Source of the DNA: Octopus vulgaris
Taxonomy: Eukaryota
NCBI GenBank assembly: GCA_951406725.2
Contig: OX597814.1
Coordinates: 213,528,001-213,592,000 of the forward strand
Direction: 5' to 3'
DNA length: 64,000 nucleotides
How positions within the stretch are numbered: the first letter of the stretch is position 1; every line of letters starts with the position of its first letter. This document shows positions 56,519 through 64,000 of the stretch, piece after piece. The notes under the pieces are model-generated. The model was not told the DNA's origin, made no database searches, and saw only the letters and a program-made list of their open reading frames with translations. The translations under genes were made by a program, and so were the position numbers.

Positions 56519-57805
56519 TCAGGTCATCCCATAAGTTCTGTCCGATTTTACCTTTTCTAAAAAATTTAATGAAATTTAATAGTCTTTTAGAATTCTAATG
56601 GAATTAAAAAATATTTTTATGCATTTGTGTACATTTAAACTAATTAAATATTACTTTACAGAATAATAGAATTAAAATTTCTTTGATTAAAACCCTTTCT
56701 AACATGGAAGTATTCAAAGAGCATTTCAGGTACATAATTCTTTATGAGTACAAAAAAGGAATCTCTGCAACCGAAGCAACTCGAAACATACACTCAGTTT
56801 ATGGAAAAGAATGCTTCAATGAAAGAACTTGCAGAGGATGGTTTGCAGAATTCACAAGTGGAGATTTCAGCCTTGAAGATGAAGATTGAACAGAATGTCC
56901 AGTTGAATTTGATGATAAGCTCCTTGAAGCATTACTTGAAGAAAATCCTGCATTATCAGTTGAAGAATTGGCAATAAAGCTTAGTTCAAACCATACAACT
57001 ATTCATTGTCATCATCAACAACTTGGAAAGGTTCCTAAATTTGGAAAATGGGTGCCTCATGAATTGTCCGAAAGCAACCGCAAATCCCGAGTTGACATCT
57101 GCTCTTCTCTCCATTCTCGCGAACTCATTTCACCCTTTTTGGATAGACTTGTGACTGGTGATGAAAAATAGATCTTCTATCGAAATGTTAAACGTCGTAA
57201 ACAGTGGCTTGGTAAAAGGGAAAAAGCTCAACCACAACCGAGAAGGAAACTTCATGGGAAAAGGTTCTTCTCTGTATCTGGTGGGATTGCAAAGGAGTAA
57301 TTCACTTTGAATTGTTACCACCTAATGCAACAATTAATGCTGAAGTTTACTGTCAGCAATTACAGGGTTTGAACCAAACTTTGAAGAAAAAAGACCCGCT
57401 TTAGTGAATCGAAAAGGAGTGATGTTACATCAGGACGATGCGTGACCCCGCACTACAAAGATCACATCACAGAAGATCGAAGAGCTTGATTGGGAAAAAA
57501 TTCCTCATCCACCTTATTCTCTCGACCTTGCTCCTTCAGACTACCATTTGCTTCGTAGTTTACAGAATCATTTGGGGAACATAACTTTCGCAAGCCAGGA
57601 GGTGGTCGAAACTGACATTTCAGAGTTCTTCGCTTTGAAACCAAAAGAGATTTGCATTGATGGGATTAAAAAGCTTGTAAATCGATGGAAGGAAGTCATA
57701 GATAATCAGGGAAAGTACATTGATGATTAAATTTCAATTAAATATAACATTTGATCACTTGTTTTCTTTATTCAAAATTCGGACAAAACTTATGGGATAA
57801 CCTGA
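56519..57805 (+). mobile_element. Full-length (1287 bp) mariner transposon with pseudogenised DD34D transposase
   Basis: TIRs tcaggtcatcccataagttctgtccga / tcggacaaaacttatgggataacctga with TA TSD; WVPHEL, VTGDEK, LHQDDA and PPYSLDLAPSDY motifs; stops and frameshifts. Confidence 0.95.
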
Positions 57806-59439
57806 TATTAACACAACCGCTAATTGGCATTGTTAAAAGAAAACATGCTTTCATCGCTTTCAGAGAAAAGGTCAATGCCTTTATTCAATATGTATTACCA
57901 AAAATTATATATCTCGCGTTGATGTTTTCAATCTAATGAACAAATAAGAAAAAAAATCACAAGAATTTGCATGCAATTTCCTCTTGAAAATGAAGTACCA
58001 AAAAGTACGTTTCCAGGAATTGATTTCTAATTGATTTGTTATTTATTCAGTACTTGTAATTCCTGTTGCTGCAAAAGTTTTATGGAATCATAATAAATAT
58101 AATGTTGGCTCTTTTTTTAGGTCATCTTGCCAAATTGTATTTCTTATTCTTTATTAACATCTAAAGACATAGTATTTTCTGAGACAGACTGAATGTTTAT
58201 TGTGGTAATTTTTTTTTATATAATTTAACGCAACTGAAATCAAATCTATTGTATATTTCACATAATACAATGGTTCTTTAATAGATATGTTCTTTTTATA
58301 GCATATTCACCTTATAGATGTAGACAGTGTTAACAGGTGGCGCTCATTTAACTGTAATAATCTATCATAATCTAAATATCAAGCTCTTATAAGCTAAATA
58401 TCACGAACCAGTCTCGATTCAGTGCTAAAGTAATCTTAAAGCAAGAAAAACAAGACAAATGAATCGACAAATTATCGATTTCAAAAGACACCTGAATTAC
58501 ATAGTCATTGTGTTAGCGTGTAAATCACCGAATATTCCAGGTAAACATGTTTCCTTAATGTAATCATTAGGCAGAATCTGCGTGGCACTGTGTGTGACGT
58601 AACTTGCCTATTGGATAATTCGGCAGGTCTCTAAACAGATTCCTACTACTGAAATTCATTCACAAGGTTTCGGTCGACCAGACAGAAAACACTCAATATA
58701 CTACTCAAATGGATCGAATACAAAATTTCACTTTGTGAAATAACCTTCTTAACATCTCGCCTATGCATTGAAACCAATGTAATACATCCAACATCTTCTG
58801 AAAGGAACCACTATGACGCAATTACATTCCCTCATATCCGAAAACATTCTGGCATTTTACCAATTTCAAGTCGTCTATACATTTTACTTTATTTGAAATT
58901 CTTTCATGTTAGGTGGCCATATCTAGAATGCAGGACATAAGCGATCAAGTCCTACCAGAACACTCTCTTGTTTTCTATATTAAATTAAAAAACTGAATTT
59001 AAAAAACTGAAATTCAGTAAAACCTATTGATCTTCAAATTAAACTATATATGTTAATTATTTAAAATTGAATATAACTATATATTTAACTACACACTTGT
59101 GTGATGCCATTTCATGTAACATATTAGAATTCTGATACTATTATAGTATATAGAACAAAATTTCTAGTTTAAAAGACTAGATGAGATGCCTTTAGTGAAT
59201 ATAAACTTATGACCCATCGGCTAAAATGTGAATATTTTATCTTCTTTCTTAAAGCAATCATACAACTATTATAATATGGCATTTATTCTGTGCATAAGAA
59301 CTATAAATCTGATTATCATATTATGAAATCCCTGAGGGTAAAAATTAAACATTTTCCAATGGAAAAAAATTATTTCCTTTGGAATAATTAAAAATGTTGG
59401 AATTATTTACTTCATAAGTTACGTTTTATTATTTTTTTA

Positions 59440-60035
59440 TTTACACATCAACCTGGCGAGTGAAAGGCTCGAACGTGTTTAATTGTACAAGTATCTTAGA
59501 AACCAAATCTCTAATGAAGCCAAAATGTAAGAAGAAATTAGGACATAGCTCGCCATGGCAAGAATGTCCGTGAAAGAGATTAATAACATCGGACCAGCAA
59601 AATTGTCCCAAGTTAAAAACAAGGCTAGCGCGAGCGATCATTTGGCCAGTAGGTGTTTATATTTACTAAGCATGGACTCTGAACAAATTTGAAGAAAACA
59701 TAATCAAGCCGTTTGAAATAGGGATGTATAGAAGAATGTTATGAGTCTCTTACAAGGATCATCAAAGAAATGAATAGATGAAAGATAATTCCTGAACAAT
59801 ATGAACAAAAATACACATTTTTTATGGTCATATTCGAAAATATTGGAAAACATTATCATAGAAAGAACAGTAGATGACAGTTGATCAAGAGGCAAGGAAA
59901 GAACGCAATGGATGGACGGTGTCAAGACCTGGTTAGACAAGAGTGGCAAGGCAGCTGGAGCACTAGCGCCTGATCGGGAAGACTTTCGTTGTAGTTTTAT
60001 TAATGCGCTGCTTGCGATACATGACGACGGTGACT
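59440..60035 (+). mobile_element. Decayed RTE-type LINE 3' fragment
   Basis: Broken YKYL, EEIRT.LAMA, KTRLARAIIWPV, AWTL, RSRGKERTQWMDGVKTW and DREDFR motifs. Confidence 0.65.
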
Positions 60036-60559
60036 ATTTTTCAATGAGATTCAAATGTAACATGTATATATTATGCATTCCAGTGCCACAGCCCAGTATT
60101 CCTCTGTTTATAAGTAACAATAGATGTTTAAAGAGTGTCAGAGAATCTGGTGTTTTGTTACAGGCATTAACATAAAGAAGTTTGTTTCCAACTGGGCAAC
60201 ACCTTGAGTAAGTATCTTCTTGACCCAAGCACTTTAAGAAAGTCACTTAAATGAACTGTACCTCTAATTTAAAAATCTAGTCTCATTTTCTAAGATGGGA
60301 TTAATAGTTGTGTATAGCAGTACTAACTGAATATTCAAGCTCATAATCTATAATTCCATTTATTTGGACAAATTATCTTCAAAAGAATTCTGCTGAAGGA
60401 AAAGAAACAGAAAACTGATCATCGAAACTCACACATAAACCATATATGATTTTCGTTTCTTTTCTTCTCCATTTTCACTTCATTCCTAAGGACTGCGGTC
60501 ATGCTGGGGCACCCCCGTTTACTTTGCTATACTTTCACTAAACTTCTGATATTTGACAT

Positions 60560-62970
60560 CAGGTGTATAAGGGAGTTTAATGTTGCTGCCCTCATCTGTT
60601 TTTCATGCTTTGAGGTAGGTTCATCTGGAACTCTTGAGGAGATCCAGTTTTGTTTTGAAAATGCCTACATCTAAGCCATGCAGATCTCTCAGGTTTTGTA
60701 GAAGGATATTGAAGAACTGTGGGCCTTTGAAACCTAAGTTGTTGCAGTATCTGGTCCTGCATCCTGATGGCAATGTTGGGATTTTTCATACTATGCAGTG
60801 GCTGTTTGTCCCGCTGTTTGTGTTACTGAAATGCCAAAGTTTGGTAAAAGTTTTTGTAGGACCATCATAGTTTCCCTTTCTCTCGTTTTGTAAGTTTGAA
60901 GGAACCATCCAGCCAAGTGTCTGCATTTTAATATGCACCAGGAAAAATACATCATTACTCATGTTGATGCCCAGGTCACGTACTGATTTTGATTCAGAGA
61001 TTGCATTCCCTCCAGGGCCAGTGTATCGTATCTGCTTTTCATTGAGCATTATGCGTTGGTAGTGCAGGCCGTGGAATTTTCCAACATTAAACTGCAAGTT
61101 ATTTTCCTCAGCCCACCTGTATATTGTGTCCAATTCACGTTGCAGATGCACAACGTCTCCGGAATTCTGTATCCTCTGAGAGACTTTTGTATCGTCTGAA
61201 TAGCTGTCAAGGATGGCTACTTGAGCAGCTGAAGGCACATCAGAGAGGGCCACTATGAATAACAATGGCCCCAAGACAGTGCACTGTAGAATACCACTCA
61301 ATATTTGTGTTTCCATGGAGGTAGCCCTGTTGGCCGCCACTACCTGAATTCTATCTTTTAGGAAGTCATGTAGCCATTCACCAAATTTTCCAACTATTCC
61401 AAATCATACAATTGACTGACTTTGTCAATGGCTTTTCCAAAGTCGTGGTATATCACGTCCACATTTGAGCTGTTAAGCAGCTGCTTTAGTACCCAGTCGC
61501 GATGCTGCAAGAGCTGTGTCAAGCAGCTTCTACCTGGTCAGAAATCGTGCTGGCTGTCAGTCAGAAAGTTATTCTCTTCAAGGAATGCAATTAATTTCCT
61601 TCGTACTATTCGTTCCATGACTTTGCTGATGTGTGAGGTCAGAGAGATAGGCCTATAGGTTTTAGCATTTACTCTGCTTCCTCCTATATGAATAGGGCAT
61701 AATATTCCCTCCTATAGTTTGTCCGGGAGCTTACCATTTGCGAGAAAGTTCTGAAAAAGAAGTTGCAGTGGTTTTGCAAGGACCCCTTTGCATGACTTGA
61801 GAAGGCTTACTGGGAATCTATCGTGGCCAGTAGCTGAGTTTGTATCTACATCATTTATTGTCAGTATTACATCTTCTTCGATGTTGCTGTAATCAATTGT
61901 TACTGCCACCCACCCCCATTCAGCTTCTGTGGTGGTAAATACTTCTTCAGGTTTGCTAACTTGCATGTGCCATAAGGGTGGCGTGAAGACACTTTTGAGC
62001 TGGTCATACAGTGTTTCACTTATTCTCAGTGGGTTTCCCATGAGGGAGCCATTTTTTGGAGGAATGGCCCTACCCTGCAATGCACAGAGGCAGTCTCCTT
62101 GGCGTACCTAAAGAAGGCTTTATGAGCTGCTTGTATATTTCATCTAATCTAAGCTTCTCCATCTGCTCTTTCCGTCTTGGGGAGCGCTTCAGATGTTTCT
62201 CACTCTCCAGCAGTGCTGTTTCCAGGCGGGATTTCTAACTGCCGTTGAGTTCTCTGTTCAAGCGGTTTGCAATCTTTGTACACCATGTCATAATAACATT
62301 TTTCTCACTGGGAATTTTTTATTATGTACAATGGCCCTTCTCTCTGAGACAAAATTGTAGCATATGGCTTGCGTTATGGACATCAAAGTTTTTAATTTCA
62401 TGTCTAAGTCGGGTGTAGAGAGACATTGGGACCAATCCCGTTTGGTGATCTCTTTCTCAATTGATTTCAAGTCTGTTTTGTGGTAGTTCAGATTGGATAG
62501 ATTTTGGGTATTTCTCATAGGCTGCATATCTGTGGGTTCTTTTGATGCATACATGGTCAGCTCTATTATGTAATGATCCGAGACTAGCGTCGGTGTCTCT
62601 TTCACATTACGGATGAGATCTACATTGTTTGTGAAGTAAAGATCGGGGATATTGTTTGCTCTGTCAGTATCATTTACGCCATGTATAACTTGGTGAGGTA
62701 AAGCAGAATTCCACATGACTTTATTCACATCGCATCATTCCTGATACGAAAAGAGGTCCTCAGGCCATTCCACATTGGGCAGTTTGAAGTCTACCGTGAG
62801 AAGTACACTGATATGCTCTTCTATTTTGGTTAAGACCTCTTCTATTCTTGCAAGGCTGTCTTCCACTCGGCCCGTGTGATTTGAGGCATCTGGTGGACGA
62901 TATGTATGTTCATGCAAGCTTATATATGAAAAGATATTTCTTGATAAATAATGATCTTCATGCCACAAAT
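60560..62970 (-). mobile_element. Decayed CR1-type LINE ORF2 (AP endonuclease and RT)
   Basis: YRPP, DFKLPNVEW, DLYFTNN, SDHYII, RPISLTSHISKVME, GRSCLTQLL, QCTVLGPLLF and YSDDTK motifs across several frames. Confidence 0.9.
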
Positions 62971-63279
62971 TAAGAACACGTACGTCAAGAAGTGGTCCGT
63001 TGCAAACCTATTTCACTACAAAATTCCAAGCAATTCACAAATACCTGAACTAAGGAAATAAACATACAGATAGATCGTAATGGTATCCTGCATTTAATGA
63101 GCGTGGGATAAATATATCAGTATTTGTAAACAAGACACCTCCTGAATCAATTCCAAAGGGATTTCAACCCAATATTTAGATGCTGTTATTAATGCTTTAC
63201 ATGTACATCGAGATCCAATTTCAAAATAGTTCTTCCCGGGTCCTTAAATATGTACAAATTCTTATGACTTTAACAAAAT

Positions 63280-63394
63280 ATATATATGTATATATGTACG
63301 TATGTATGTATATGTAAGTATGTATGTATGTATGTATGTATGTATGTATGTATGTATGTATGTATGTATGTATGTATGTATGTATGTATGTATG

Positions 63395-63426
<32 letters not shown>

Positions 63427-63604
63427 TGTATGTATGTGTGTATGTATGTATGTATGTATGTATGTATATGTGTGTGTATGTATGTATATGTATGTATGTA
63501 TATGTATGTATATGTATGTATGTGTATGTATGTATGTATGTATGTATATGTATGTATGTATGAATATGTATGTATGTATATGTATGTATGTATATGTGTG
63601 TATG

Positions 63605-63636
<32 letters not shown>

Positions 63637-63657
63637 TGTATGTATGTATGTATGTAC
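63280..63657. repeat. (TATG)n microsatellite
   Basis: Direct reading. Confidence 0.97.
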
Positions 63658-64000
63658 AGGTGCAGAATGTCTGCGAGGTTAAGAAGTTTCTTTAGTTACT
63701 ATATGATTCCGTGTTCAGTCACATTGTACGGCGTCTTCTGCAAAATCTTGTCAGTGAATTTGATATACAAATTCTGAGTGGAGCAAATAATTTACGAGAA
63801 TAATAATTCACCAAAAAATAATTTGCGAAGATATCATTGACTCTATTATTACCAACTGCGACAATTTAAAAATAATAATAACAAAATTAATAATATAGGC
63901 GTTTGCAGCCCCCACCCCAAAGCATTAAATAGCTGAAGGATTAAAATTAATCAAAGGACATACTAAGTATGACTTCCTGCTGGAAATAACAGTCAAAAGT

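Noticed and set aside
56683-57730. Domesticated SETMAR-like gene
   Set aside because: Multiple stops and frameshifts, intact TIRs with TA TSD and no SET domain; an ordinary dead mariner

Overview
AT-rich, repeat-saturated eukaryotic DNA with no confidently identifiable host protein-coding gene. It is most likely an intronic or intergenic region of an octopus (coleoid cephalopod) genome, inferred from the tRNA-derived SINE families and the extreme microsatellite density. Almost all ORFs in the track are microsatellite or SINE artefacts. The real content is: several modular tRNA-derived SINE families (about 25 copies), decayed LINEs (RTE, CR1, R4/Dong-like with restriction-like endonuclease, and an ORF1-only Tx1/L1-like insert), Penelope-like element (PLE) remnants of two lineages, two mariner transposons, two non-autonomous Helitrons, a long-TIR element and a 3.5 kb 58-bp satellite. 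The most notable signals are: (1) about ten hammerhead-ribozyme-like motifs in PLE-type terminal repeats; (2) a composite element made of a tRNA-like head, an (AAT)n core and a hammerhead tail, whose (AAT)n core repeatedly hosts inserts including Dong-like LINEs; (3) a palindromic, terminally redundant 557-nt retrozyme-like unit; (4) an ORF1-only retroelement inserted into a SINE tRNA head with an 18-bp TSD; (5) a 218-bp structured insert with a 25-bp duplication. All family assignments are from motif recognition by eye; no database search was run.
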